A stretch of 64,000 nucleotides of DNA from positions 992,001 through 1,056,000 of the forward strand of contig CM120649.1 of assembly GCA_051362555.1 (NCBI GenBank), read 5' to 3'. The position numbers were made by a program, and so were the translations under genes. The stretch comes from Lingula anatina. Lineage: Eukaryota; Animalia; Brachiopoda. Below are positions 1-14,504 of this stretch, piece by piece; position 1 is the first letter of the stretch, and each line of letters starts with the position of its first letter. Under the pieces are notes generated by a model. That model saw only the letters and a list, made by a program, of their open reading frames with translations, searched no databases and had not been told where the DNA came from.

Positions 1-2174
1 CGTACACAATAACAAAGGAAAAAAAGTCAGACAAAAGAAGCTAACTCCGGCAATTACTCAATCATCTTTTCGCATTCCAATTCAAACATCCTCTCTCACA
101 CACACACAATCATCATCTCGAACCGCAACATTTTTTCCGAGTCGACATTAAATTTTCCCACAGCGTTCGCCGACAAGCCGAACCCTCCAGCTCCCGTCAG
201 CCGAGCGCCAGCGTGTTTTCAACGACACGGAGACAACCCGCTAATTGGCTCTGGGCGGGGAGTGATTAGGTAAAACAATGCTTAGGTACCCGTGTCATTC
301 AACCCTATAAACCCAAGTCAAGTTAAATAAGAGAAACGTTTGGCATTCGATTCACTATCCACTCCACCGGGCCCGCCTGAGTTAATCCTAGGCCCGGTGC
401 TATGAGTAAGGGGGAGAGTGATAAGGTATACAGGTGAAGGGGCCTCGTGTGATAAAACGGACAAAACGCGCGTCCTGCACGGTGGATTAGCGGTTAATCT
501 GTCCAGCTAGCCGCGGCAGGTTAAGTGTCAGTGTTAATAGATTCACTGAATTAAGGAGGCGTCTTTGCATAGTTATCAAAGAGGACGGGCGCTATTACAT
601 TCTCTATTACCTGGCGCGGGTTACTGGCAGGCAGAGAGGGAGGTAAACAAGATACAAGGTCTGAATTACAGGACAGGTGGAGAATGGAGAATTTTCCCCG
701 CAATTATTTCACTCGTACAACTGCCAACTCTTCTAATTTTTTGGACAGTCAATGCAATTCCCTAGTGAGTTTCCATACCTATATGCATGTCAGTTGCCAA
801 ATGGGAGAAATAATGTTGACAATCCTGTAGCCTCGACTGTGATATTGCCATTTTCTTAACTTCTATGTATTCCACAAAAATTTATAAAATTTCAGTGTTA
901 ATTAGACCGGCAATTTTACCTCCGATTTGAGGAAATATTGACTTTTTGATACCACCGCCGATCGCCTCCATTCACGCACGGTGATGGCGGCTTTGGGCCT
1001 GTCTCTTACTGTCTCCCGCGCGTGTTCTCTGGACAGGGGTGCCGGACGAGTGTCGCCTGTCAACACACCTTTCCGCTGTGTGACATAAATGACACGGGGA
1101 GAGGCGGGTGACAATGGAAAAACAATAGGGAGACAAGCTTAGTGCACTTGCTCGTATTTTCTGTGTTTTTGAGATGTTATTTTTCATAGTGTAGACATAG
1201 GAAGCTGCGGCAGAGAAAGGTGCTGGTAGCTTTTGACCGTCTGTCTTCTCTCTGCTCAAAGCTCCATCCTCATCTCTCTCTCTATCCCCAAATCTCTCTA
1301 AATTTCTTTTTCCCTATCCCTCACTCGTTTGTTAAGTCTTGATTCAAGAGGGCGCACGTAAAACAAGGAATATGAATTAGAGAATTAGAATAGAGATTTT
1401 TCTAAGATATCTCAGTGTAACACCACCGTTTAACGGCAACTGGGTGGACCATTCTATCCATCGTCTTGAATTCAACTGAAAAGAAAATATTGTCACTCGA
1501 CATTTTGTTCAAGGGCACACTTCTACTCCTACACGCACCGACAAACGAAAAACCAAATACTCTTTTTATTGTTTTAATTCTTTCAATTAAAGTAATTATT
1601 GAAAATTGCTTTAGTTTCCTTACTTCTGTCACAGCTTGTTTCCTTTTTCTTCTGTATTGTGTAATGTTAACTGATCACGTTCTCTTTATTTCATTACCGA
1701 ACAAAATTTAATCTGTACAGTGTGGAATGCCTGTCTCTCCTATTTTAAAAATTGGATACTAATGTCTTTTTTTCAAACTTCAGCTTTCTTAACATTCTAG
1801 AAATTCAAATTCTCTTCTTTAATTTATTTTTCCTGTTTGGTATTTTAACGAACATTTCAAAATCATTTCCAAGTCTACATTTTACTGCTATTTTTGCTTT
1901 TCTTATTTTGATTACGAAATAAATAGAAATAAGGAGAGAAAAAAAAAAAACAGGCATTCAGTCGATGAATTATAAAGCACCAATTGCTACCACCAAAGTT
2001 AGCCTTGTGTAACTCCGAAGACTAGACTGGAATGAATTCACGAAAAAACTTACAGGTTTAATCAACAAGTATTGTCGCCGAAGAGGGAGGTAGTCGTGAA
2101 TAGAAAACGCTCTGCGTTGGAGTCATATGACAAGAGACAGAAGAACAAACATTCTGTCAATCTGGCGTGTTTGT

Positions 2175-2205
<31 letters not shown>

Positions 2206-2329
2206 GAGGGGTAGGCGGGGAGGTTGGTTGTCTCATGCCATAGACACCAAACATCCTCAACAAACCGTTCTTTTCTCCTTCTTCTAACTCGACCGTTTAC
2301 CCCCCCCCCCCTTTCCTAACCAAAGACAA

Positions 2330-2765
2330 TAATTAAGACACGAGGCGCCTTAATTTAGACACAGCCTCAAGGTGTAAGGCCCCCGAGATTGCGGTAATCT
2401 TTTCTTCGTGACCATGTGCTCTAAACACTTCAAATAGAACTATAGAAAATTGATCAAGCTTAGTGGTAGCTGAATCAATGAAGCCCCCACCCTTCTCTTC
2501 TGTCTTCTACCTCCTCCCTCTCTCTAAAATATGCCACAGGAACCTTAATTATGAAGTCTTTTCTTCGTTGTCATGTGTTCTAAACGCTTAAAATGGAACT
2601 ATAGAAAATTGATCAGGGTAAGTGATTGCTGAATCTTTCAATACTGCTTCTTTCTTCACATTCCCTCATCCCCCTCCCCCCACCCCTTCTAAAATATGCC
2701 ACAGGAACTTTAATTAAGACGTCAACGTAAAACATAGCGCCCCCGGAGTAGCGGTAATGTTTTCT
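2330..2765. repeat. Degenerate local tandem duplication (~160-170 bp period) upstream of CHRDL
   Basis: Recurring segments: AAATRGAACTATAGAAAATTGATCA (~2432, ~2591), CTAAAATATGCCACAGGAAC (~2524, ~2689), CCCC.GAG..GCGGTAAT (~2380, ~2741). Confidence 0.6.
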
Positions 2766-4019
2766 TGCTCACGATCGCCAAACAATGGCGGGAGCGACAG
2801 ACGCAGGCGTGGACTTTAATTGCCCAGGGGGAATGGACGGTCAGCAATCACCGTGTCAACTTCGTCTGGGGGCCAGGAGGAGTGTGAAAGGTGTCATATG
2901 TGGCTTTGAGGCTTTATATATCAATTAAGAGTCTAGTCAAGGTGCGCTAATAAAAATCCGAGCGAGCGCCACCACCCATACCAATTTAGATCGCAACGAG
3001 CGCTTGTGTTACAAAAGGTTATGTTCGTGAGAGAGAGGCGCCATTCGAGGGCTGACTGCGAAGAAGGAAGGACGGAAATTTCGGTGGGGAATACGCTGTC
3101 TTAGAATACACAAGGAATTCACTTCTCGAGCACCGAACACAGAGAAACAGAGAGAGAAATAGAGAAAGAGATTGAGAGAAAGAGAGAGAGAGAATAATTC
3201 CTATTTTTATTGATCACAAAGAAGGAATGCAGGAATCGTGTATTCCAGCTCTCATACCATACAAGACAAAAGGAAGCACAAGTTGGATTACAGCGACTGT
3301 CATTTAGGACAGAAAAAAGTTGCTCTTATAAAATCGTCGCTGTGAGAAGGAAACGATCTTTCTGGTTCTTTTAGAACGTTAGGAGCTGTTTATCGTGTTA
3401 ACTTGTGAAGCTCGTGATTTTTTCGTCATAGGCACAGGTATACTTTGTGAACACTAAAAGGATTCCGTTACTTCAATCCATTTTTTTCACCGAAACATAA
3501 ATCCACAAGTTGCATTTTAAAAAATATGCTTTGTGTATTGTTTCAGTTTTAAGCATGGGTCTGCACTGACGATAAATGGCTCAAAGTTCTCAATGGGAAA
3601 AATTCAAAACAAACAGAACCGTTTAACAACGTAAAATCGGACAACGGATTAATCGTGCTTATTTTCTTGGGGTTCGTCTTTTTTTCTAGCGTCACTTTAA
3701 CCTTATTAACTTTAACTCTGCACGAGCTAGGAACATTTGAAGCGTGTATCAGCTTGTGAGGTACACTATCGAGGAGACAAGTATGGTCGCAGCTGTCACG
3801 AGAATGCATAACTGTCAAAGCCAAACTTTACACCTTTAACTTAATCACAAACCAAGGAGTTAATTACAGACTTTGGATAACTCGGAGCAACGTTTTAACT
3901 GGTTGAGAGACGCTCGGTCGCTTACCTCGCGGGTTTACTGTAAATTGGCGACGATGGAGAGCCAAAAGATGATGCCAAAATGTAAGCATGATGTGACGAA
4001 ATGGTGGTATTTCTTTTTT

Positions 4020-4057
<38 letters not shown>

Positions 4058-4669
4058 TCAGATGATGTCAAATATAAGCATAATTTAAAGACATCGTTAT
4101 ATCCCTTTTTTACTTTTTTATGTGTAGGGAGTGCATTAAAATGTTAAGTTGTTCTCATACATAAAATCAAAATATGACGATCGTTTTAATGGAACTGTTC
4201 GTGTTTTTGCAAGGCGTGATTTTAAAGAAAATACATAGTATAAAACTGTTGTCATGTTTTACAAAAACCAAACTGCTGCTAAGGACAATACTACTGTGAA
4301 TTTGTTACGAAACGGAGCCAGGGTTAATCGTGAGATGTTATCTCTGTCTAGCGATGTTTATCTGGTTGCGGCATTTCAATAGGGTCTTTAAATCATTGAC
4401 TGAAAGTGCTTCTTGTTTCTCTTCACCGAGAGAGAGAGAGAGAGAGAGAGAGAATTTTGGAGCAGCAGTACCTAAGTTGTGCTCGATCAACCCAATGTTT
4501 TCTGGGTTGTATGTGCTTGTATTTTGAATTTGAAATGTATATTTCCACCACTCACCGCTAATCTCAGGCTGAATCAGTGACGGTGGTATTTTAGTTTAGT
4601 GTTTTTACTGTTTATTTCTCATTAAAAAGACATCTCATTTAAAAAAGCTATTTCCATTTTATTCCAGTC

Positions 4670-5709
4670 ATGCAGCACTGGTTGCTCCTAATCCTGGTCG
4701 CCCTGTCTCTACCCCTCCCGTCCCGGATGATGACCACAAACGCCATACTATCTGAAAATACTATATTAACAGGTAAGGGCCCCTTTACACTGGACGGCGT
4801 CCTTTCTGCGTCCAGCAGTACGGCCCCATTTGAGAGTTAAAAAATTATAATACTTTACGTGCCGACAACTGGCCGATCATTGAGCATTCATTCTGATACA
4901 GAATCGATGCTCGTGTCTCCTTATTTAGACCACATTGATGCCAAATATCATGGTCGCAGAAAGGACGCAGAAAGGACGCCGTCCAGTGTAAAGGGGGTAT
5001 AAGAGATAAGCTTGGGGAAGATAACATCTCAATCATTTTGCAAGGTCGGTAAACAGCGGTGTTTTCTGTGCACGGCAGACGACAGCTTTTGTGACGATCC
5101 CGGGTCACCGCGACCTAGCGTTCAGGTAGCCTCTGATATCGGAGGCTCCTAAATAGTATACAAAATTACAATAATATATGAGAAAAACAACATTTTAGTA
5201 ACAGACCTCGAGCGCACCCTGCGGTCAGGGAGTACTATTCAGACCGTCCGGCCACCTGGATAGTTGAAATCAGTTTACTTTTTAATTTTATTTCTTTACT
5301 TACTGAGGGAGGTGGGAGTAAAAGGAACTTTTAAACAGTTACAGTTAATAAGTAGGGATATATGGAAAAGTGCTTGTCTTTTTCTCATTTCGATATTTTA
5401 TTGGGGGAGGGGGTTAAGTATTTAAAGCTTCATATTTTAAAGTTTATGATTATGCAATTTTAATAAGTTCAAAATAATGATGTAAATCAAACGTTCTTAG
5501 TTGCGCCGGCTATTTGAGAAGAAAGAAAATGAAATAAAATGACTTTTTTGTCTTTTTCAGTCGTGCCAAAGTCCCTAGAGACATGTTTATTTGACGAGAC
5601 AGAATATCGCGTGGGTGACGTGTGGCACCCCTTTCTGAAGCCCCACGGGTACCTGCAGTGTGTTAACTGTACCTGTAAGCTGGTGAGTACCCCCATTTGT
5701 CACCTCTAG

Positions 5710-5758
<49 letters not shown>

Positions 5759-5973
5759 TTATTATTTTACATACTTTGTTGTCAGGAGGAAAACCTTATT
5801 GGCTAATTTTGAATATTTTCTAATTTTTTCAAAAAGTAGGATTAAGTATGATTTTATGAACCGTAAAGCAATATACCAATTAGGCAACGCAGGCTGTAAA
5901 GACGAAGGAGCAGACTCATTTATAATAAATTACCTCCATTTATTGAACAGGTGCGTGGGTAACGCATTTTAAC

Positions 5974-6026
<53 letters not shown>

Positions 6027-8562
6027 TGGGGATGGGGACATCCGAGAAAAAAAAGACAGGTGGAGGAGGGGGATTCCCTTTAGCCACCCTTCTTTTAGCG
6101 CGTGCGACTAACGCGGTGTAACAAAGCTGTGTGTGTGTGTGTGTATGGGGGGGGGGGGGGGGGGGCGCCCCATCTAACCCCTCCGGCTCTTATACCTAAT
6201 TTATTTTTAAAAACATGAGCTGAAATCATCACGATCTATTCCAGGATGGAGAAGTAGAATGTGAGACAGTGGACTGCCCAAAGATGGACTGCTTCAATGT
6301 TATCCAGAGGCCGGGGCAATGCTGTCCGACATGCTTAGGTTAGTATGGATATTCCAATATTCCAGGACATTTTTAGCCAATTACGTTGCGTTATTTTCGT
6401 TCACTGGATGATAATTGTTGGATATGTTATTTGATGATTTTATGGAGACGTGAATAAGCTGCGACTGACTCTGTCGTAAGTTAGATTTTTGACGAAGTGC
6501 GAATATCACAATTGTGTTAGATGCGAAGGTATTATTTTTATGATATATCAAAATGGTCTTCATATTTATAGAAATATCAGTATGAAAATATGATTTAATT
6601 ACAAACAGATGAAATATTTTTAAAAAATCCAGAATTTGATAAAATTGGTCTTAAATGATGTACTTAACCAACTGCAACCGATTGTATTGTCAGACGATCT
6701 TCCTCCTGACGTCAGCAAGAAAGAGGAGCGAGAGAACGAGAGGCTGTACCAAGACTGTTCCCACCACGGTATACAGTACCAGCACGGAGCAGTGTTCGCC
6801 TCCAACAAGACGGCGCTGAGACCGACACAAGACAACCAGTGTGTGCAGTGCACGTGCGCGGTACGTTTGAAATTCTCACGGTCCGGTGTAACGAAACACG
6901 TAACGGTGTTACATAAAGTCTGCTCTCCATTTAGTTATATAATGGTTAGGGTTAGTCTGACCTAAGTGGGTCAGAATCTAGGGTGAGGCTTACTTGTACA
7001 GATAAACGAGAAGCGGACTGTTATGGGGGACTCTCTGTCAAGTTACACCGGTTTGACAGAAATGATGGTCTGCTTGGAACCGTGGTCCTTTGCCCATTGC
7101 TTTGTGTAGTGAAATTGGCCCCCATTTTCTAGCCTCGATTTCTCCGGCTAGCCCCTACGTTGGTCCTCGTTACATAGTTCCAAGCCAGAATTTAGCTCGG
7201 TCTTATTTAATATAAATGTGCAATAGTCTACTAGAATAAAACACGGGTGCTCCAAATTAACTTTTAAGTTTAAATTGAACTGTAATTACAGATTTATCTG
7301 TGGTCAAATTCAAAGCTGATGATTGATGTTGCGTCGTAAGTAACAAGCATATTTTTTGGAATTTATTAGTAAGATTTATCATCTCATTAAAATGTTTTCT
7401 TATCTAGGACGGGGATGTGCTGTGCCGTTTAAAGACCTGCCTCCCTCTGCCGTGTACAAAACTCATCTACATCAAAGAAGACTGCTGTCCAGTATGTGAG
7501 GGTGAGTTTTGATCATGGTGATTACTGATATTTTTATTTTTTTTTACTTGCGGCCAACATTATATCTTTAGAACATTTTGCTAGCCGAGACCATTTCTGT
7601 CGCATGTTCTTTTAACTTGTTTGAAACTCACAGATTGGTTCTTATTCTAAAAACTTATTCTTATTCTAAAATGTTTATTCCATTCATTAATCAATCGATC
7701 CGTTCATGCGATAATTCATGCGCCTATTTTTCCATCTTTTTATAAACTCTCTTTACACACTATGTCCAATACGTGCTTTAATGATTATGCAAATATAATC
7801 TCGCAATTTCTCGCTTTTCAGACGTGAGTGAGCTGGCGGGAACCCTGGACAAGAGCTACCCGTCTAACGTCCTCAAGCACGGCGAGACGGTCAGCAAAGT
7901 GGCCCTGGGAGAGTCCAGTTACAGTAGAAACTCCGGTAAATCTCCGGTTTTTTCTTCTTCTTATTTTTAACTTTTATTTTTGTTTTCAGTATTATTATTG
8001 ACGAGCTTCTTAATGTCAAAGTCTCCTTAAGATTGATCGTGTGCAGAATTTTGGGCGCAAAAAAGTGAGATTAAATCTTTTTTTTTTAGATTTTTAGGTT
8101 CTATAGGTTAAATTAAGTTCACCATACATGTTTTTTTTTCTTATTTAGCTTCAGCCGAGTGTACGGTTGCAAATGTTCCACGTAGAAAGCACCGCATTTA
8201 GAGCTACGAATCCCTTTATCTCCTTGAAATTTCGACCTTGAAAAATTCTTGTAAAATTTAGTAAGACAAAAAAGAAGAAAAAATCACAATCATATAAAAT
8301 GAGTTATAAAGATCATAAAAATATATGTCCTTTTTCCAGACTGTCAATCAGGTGGGCGTGCCTACAGGAACGGTGAGTCGTGGCATCCTGTGGTTGGTCC
8401 ATTTGGGAAAATGAAGTGCGTGCTGTGCACGTGCGAGGTAAGTCACATGACTCATTACATGTCAGATGAAACTTATCCTAAAATTCATCTTATTTAGATA
8501 ATTCCATTCCTTTTATACCTCTGTTTATTTCTGGTAACAAAAATAATAAATAAATAAATGAA

Positions 8563-8601
<39 letters not shown>

Positions 8602-10025
8602 CAGAACATTGTTTCATTCAGAGTGTTTATTTCACTGAAATGAAACGAAAAAAACCTACCGAATAAATGCAAGGTCATTCTCTACGGACTTTATCTTTTT
8701 GCCTTTTATAGCGGGGTCATGTCTCATGCAGGCGCCCCATTTGCGAACCCGAGGAGAATCTAACGTGTTCCGACCCCGTGAAACCGGCGGGCGAGTGCTG
8801 TAAACGGTGCCTCAGTGGTAAGGGGTGTAAATTTATACGCATCAGAACATGGGCTGAAGAATTTTTTGATGAAGTATATTATTTTGAAGAAATTCTGTGT
8901 TTTTAGAAATTCTAAGAGAAAACATTTCTTCTGCATAGCATGGTGGGTAAAAATGCGTTACATTTAGACCCTGGAAGTAAAAAATTAATAAAATAGAAAC
9001 CGGTCAAAGTAATTGAAGGTAAAGTTAGTCATATGAAAACATAATTTGTCTGTCAAAAATTTTCCTTAATTAAAGAAAGTAATTTATCAAGTTATAAACT
9101 ATAATAATTATTTCTAACTTCAGACGCAGACAACTCCACAACCAAAGAGAGCACCTACGCATTCCAGCTCCCCACCAACAGTCCCCGTCTCTGCGCGCCC
9201 CCTGGTGTGGAGTACCTGGTTTACGAACTCTCCTCCCAGTCTGAGTATAGGATAATCTTTAGGGACGATAAAAAACAGAGAATTGACCAGCTTAGGTGGC
9301 AGTTACAATCAGGTACGGCCATAGGACCATTCACACTTAGTGTTTGAGTACACTGCGATCCAGGAGCGCGCGGATTCAAGGCGTTTTTCATCAAACTTGC
9401 ACCATCTTTTTTTTTTATTTTTCATTAAGAATTCATGATTTTCATAACCATATTTCAAGTAACATCAGTAAATAGTGACTAACGACCAAAATTCTCTACG
9501 AATATCATAATGTTTCACTTCAATTTTACATTCTTTTTTTTTTGTTTTGTTTTTGTTTTTTTTTTTAATTTTGTCATCTTATTTTGCCTCATTCTAGATT
9601 CCTTAAGTACGTTCTATAGAGAACGCCTAAACACACAGGACTTGGAGCTGTTACTCAAAGAAAAGGAAGACAAAAAGGCGTCACTTTCAGTTTTAGGCGC
9701 TTCTATAAATAGTAAGTTTTTATTTCATATATATGGACATATCTACCAGAATGACGATGTGCAAAAATCACGTTTTAGACTGAAATCCGTAACACTAATT
9801 TGTATTTTATGAATAAATAGATAAATAAATAAATAAATAAATAAATAAATAGATAAATAAATAAATAAATAAATAATAATTTCTCTTCCAGAATATGTAT
9901 CACGATTTAAACGCAGAGTGTATAAATATATGCAGCATTGCGGGGACCTATGTCAGCTCTCGACAATCAATAAACTGAAGAAAAAACTCAAGCTTCAACC
10001 GCCTGTGTACAGTGACGACTGCTAG
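4670..10025 (+). CDS. CHRDL: Chordin-like protein (signal peptide + 3 VWC/CR domains + CHRDL-type C-terminus), ~444 aa, 11 coding exons
   Basis: Exons 4670-4772, 5561-5682, 6245-6338, 6694-6860, 7408-7501, 7822-7935, 8340-8437, 8712-8817, 9124-9312, 9598-9711, 9892-10025 are all GT-AG and phase-consistent (1335 nt). Signal peptide MQHWLLLILVALSLPL; CR1 CLFDETEYRVGDVWHPFLKPHGYLQCVNCTC..CCPTC; CR2 CSHHGIQYQHGAVF..NQCVQCTCADGDVLCRLKTC..DCCPVC; CR3 CQSGGRAYRNGESWHPVVGPFGKMKCVLCTC..CCKRC. These match the vertebrate CHRDL1/2 CR patterns. Confidence 0.9.
4777..4999. mobile_element. PIF/Harbinger-like MITE in CHRDL coding intron 1
   Basis: 34-bp inverted repeats CCCCTTTACACTGGACGGCGTCCTTTCTGCGTCC (4780-4813 / 4963-4996), flanked by TAA at 4774-4776 and 5000-5002. 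A 3-bp TAA TSD is typical of PIF/Harbinger. Confidence 0.75.
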
Positions 10026-12687
10026 TTGCCAAAGTCATCAACTAATGTTTTCATGATCAGATTGACTGCTGTACAGCAATGTGAAACTTCACGACTCCTG
10101 TGCGTTGTGAAAGAACTGCGTTGGCGCTTGCGTGCACCTGGAAAGAACTTGTGCATACGCCCGTGCGCACGGGGAAATGTTCGAACGCTAAAAACACGAT
10201 GCCCTGCATTGTGATTTAGGGCGGCCCGTGAAAGTCTTTGTGCATCACTAATAACATGTAGATTTCAGATGGCAATATCTATTATAGACCAAGCGCTGAC
10301 AAAACCACACCCACAGGGGGCGTGTCCTGAGTTGTTACCGCCCCCAGAGCCACGCCCCTAAGGTCAAAACAAGTGCAATTTGTAGCAGACTGTCAATACA
10401 CGAAAAACTGACATTGTTTGTTACAAAAGTGAGCTTCAGTCTGTCAAAACGAAAGCGATTTTAAAGAATGAGCGGTTAAAGACAAAACTGCGACAGGTAC
10501 ATAGTGAACTACGGGAACGAAGAGAACGGTATCGTCTGCGTCATGTCAAAGGAGGAGGTATTTCGTACCGAATAAATAACTTTTCAAAATTCTGCGCCGT
10601 AAAATTATCGGTGAAAAACTCTTCATGGATAATGAAAACACACATCAAATCATTGGTCATGGATATTACTGACTTCAACCCGAACCATCGTGGGAGCCAA
10701 ATCTACTGGTCAAAGTAAGATCCCAACGAAAATGTTCATGACACAACGCAGATATTAATACTATTTTTGTATTACTATAAAAACTGCCTTAACAAATGCT
10801 TTGTAGATATTCCACGAGTGTTTTGCAGGATCTTGTCAAAGATTGGTGGCAGTTAAATCATGTCCTCGAAATTGTTCGGTGTGTGTTGGGCCGCGGGAGG
10901 GTATTTGGTGGCCCACGAAAAAGTGGCATGCGAGTAGTGCTTACTTTATAGGAGTGTCCAATAAACGGACGACATTAAGGTGTGGCATTGTTGGAATGAG
11001 GTTCCCAACGCAGAAAAATGGACCGTTTTCGTATTTATTATTATTATGCCAGTTCATGTGTATATCGCTTGTGAAAAAAAAAACACTTCACGCTTACAGT
11101 GTATATTGTACTGTATAGTCTACAGGAGAATATATTCATGGCATTGCGAATCGCAGGAGGGTTTACACACTGAGAAGTGGTTCGCACCAAAAACGAACCA
11201 CGATAACTGCCGAGTCAGCAAACTGCGGCGTCATCACACATAAGGGCTCACGTGTTCAAAAATAGTTAAAACATTTGATTCTGTTCGTTGTGGGACCTGC
11301 TGAAAAAAATAATCAACACATTGAATTATATTTTTCCCGTGCCCTTTTCACTAGCAGAAAGTGTGTAAACCCGACTTTTATTGCTTTATTTGTAAACAAA
11401 CTATTAACTGTACTTTCACACAGGATGAATATGTTTCACATAATAGGCTAGTGGGTTCATTCTACAAAATGTGAGAAATGGATAGATATTGTACTTTTAC
11501 ACAAAAAGCTATTTCTTTTCTGTCAGCTATGGCAGATTTAGATCAAGGTGCAGTGAAATATTCATTTAAAATAAAAAACACCTTTTTAAGTCTTCTTGTG
11601 AAGCTAGGGCCAAAGGTGCAATTATATCAGCCCATCTTATGTAAGGTAATACTTAGAATACTTATTTATATTATACAGAACTTTATTAGATTTGGGGCTT
11701 TAATTATGTATACATTGTAAATAATATATTTATCAGTCTCTTCGATGCACTATTCTGTCAAAATCCATGAATAAAATTTAATGCATATAAGGATTCCCCG
11801 ATGTATGTAATAATTCTTGAGAATGTCCTCAAGAACTTAGTTGAGAGTGATTATTATTATCATATTATATATAAATATATATGAAATAGCATGAGGCATG
11901 ATATTCTTTTGAAGAACAGAAGCAATTTGAAGAGATTATTTTTTATTGTTTGTGTAATTTATCAGTGAATAAATATATTACCAGTTTATACGTATAGCCT
12001 CTTTTTTTTCTGGGCTGGTTTGTGGTTCTCTAGATTCATGGCCATTTTAAGACTTCAGCACTCAAGATCTTTTGACTGCCATCATTTCCATTTTCTACAA
12101 TCAGCGTTGAAAGTAATGATCTTGTGGTAATGTAGTTAATCAAAACTCGTAATATATCAGCAAATATCGTATTTGCTGCTGAATAATGTCGACAAATGCC
12201 CAGCATTTTTTTTGTCTTCATTTGGCTCAAGCACAAATTTTCTTAAGCCCATTATGATAATGATTTATATACAAATTCCTCGGATGACAGTTAACTTTCA
12301 TTATAAGGAAGGGTTTTCACATTCCAGTCTTTTACATTAATCCTGAACAGAACTTGAGGCACAGAAAGAAATCTACTTCATATTTCAGTCTTTACATTGC
12401 CCTCAACAAGACATTAGCATGGACACCAGAACTGAAAGATCCTATCTGTTTATAGGATATTTTGGATAACGCTTGCGGCTTGGACTTGGACCTTTTTCTG
12501 AACATAGGCACTGGAAGAATTGAAATGTCCCAATAATATAAAGGTCACTGTAGAACTTTCCAGAAAAGCTGTGTAGGTATTCCCCAAAATGCCTCATTTG
12601 TGAAGTTTCCTGATGTTCTTGCCAACTGCCAAAGGACTTGGCAAGAAAATGTCCATGTATTTCTGATTCTTGAACATCTCCTTAAGG

Positions 12688-14307
12688 TCATTTCTTTTTG
12701 AAGAAACTCATCAGTGACGTTTGCTTCCCACTGTGTTTTGGGTCTGGGGAAGTTTTCTTTTTGGTTGGCTGAACCTTTTTATCCTTGTTTCCACTCTAGA
12801 AGAAAAATTGGAAGAGGAATAATAAATTAATAAATAAATAATAAAAATAATAACTTATAAATAAATAAATACAAAAATGTAAGAAGCACACACAAATTTT
12901 TCCAAAATTTCCACAATTCAAACACTCCTGAAATCCTTCCTCACTACATTTTGAATAAGTAGTCTAAATTAAATCTATTCACAACAATCACCAGTTAACA
13001 GACATTTAATACAGTATCTAGTCAAGAAGAAGTTAGGTTGTTTATCCTCCATGAAAATTTGAATTCACCTTGTCTGAGGAGTCCTGTTTTGACTTAGGAG
13101 CTGTGACAGGTGCAGGTTTTGTTGGCTCATCTATGTCCGAGGCATCCGTGGAGGCCGTCTCCCAAACCTCCTCCGTCACTGAAAGGAGAATGTTATGGTT
13201 GGAATCTTCAAGGCAGGGACAAAGGAAGTGCAAATCAGAAAATAGACAGCAAGTCTGACACACGTACAGATTTTATTCCATAGCCTTCTTCTGTGACTGT
13301 AAGTATAATACTATCTGTATTCAAAATCACTTTATCTTTTTTCTTATTCTAATTTTCTTTTATTGAAGAAAATGCATAAAAGTTCTACATCATACAACTC
13401 CTGCTTACAATCTCTCACAGACCTGACACAATGTATTTGACAAGACGTTTATTTTAAATTCATAGTGCGCATGTTCTGTTTTTGAAATCATGTTTAATTG
13501 TATCTCTCTGCGATTTGTGCTGGGTCAAAAAAGAGACCTCTACTCATATGTCACATGACACATCACACGACACATCACATGATGACAACTCACCCATGAA
13601 ACCTTGTTTATCCATGTAAGTATTTGTAACTTTTTTGCGTCGCTTCACTCTGTGTTTTTCTGAGGATTCATGCTTATTACTGGCTTGAGCGTGAGAATTC
13701 CCTGTCTTCTTTACTTCCTCCACTTTTTCTTCCTCGTCCTCTTCCTCCATTTTCTCTGGTTCAGGACTGCTGGGGATGTCTGCGACAGGACTAGGGACTG
13801 GACTCTCCGGTATGACCTCTGGAATGTGGAGAACTCATTTGGAATATTGTTATATTATTCCTGAACGTAACTTTTAAATTTGAGTTTTCCTTTAATTGCT
13901 TTTACGAAAATATGGATTTTATGGAGACGGTACATGTTCTTTCCACTTTCAGGCCTGACATTACTGATGAGTCAAAATTTTTGAAAGAATTTTCCTCAAA
14001 GATTTAAGTTGTTTTATATCTTCTGAATCATCTTATACAATTCATATCTCTGGCAAAATCATATCCCCATAGATTATTATATTTAAACACACGTGCACAG
14101 CTTATTTGAGCATATACACAGTCACATGCAGGTTTATGTGAGGCACATGCTTATGCTCCTGCATGTGCCTCACATAAACACGAATGCATTCACACTAATC
14201 ACTGACACATGCATGCACACACACACACACACACCTACACACGCACAAGAACATGCACACATACGGTCCTCTTCATCCTCCTACTACTTGCCACAACTTG
14301 TATCCTC

Positions 14308-14343
<36 letters not shown>

Positions 14344-14437
14344 TGAACATGCACCAAGCACACACACACACACGTGAACACGCACACATACCAACTTCTT
14401 CCTCCTCCTCACTGCTACTCCCACAACTTGTATTCTC

Positions 14438-14470
<33 letters not shown>

Positions 14471-14473
14471 GTG

Positions 14474-14504
<31 letters not shown>

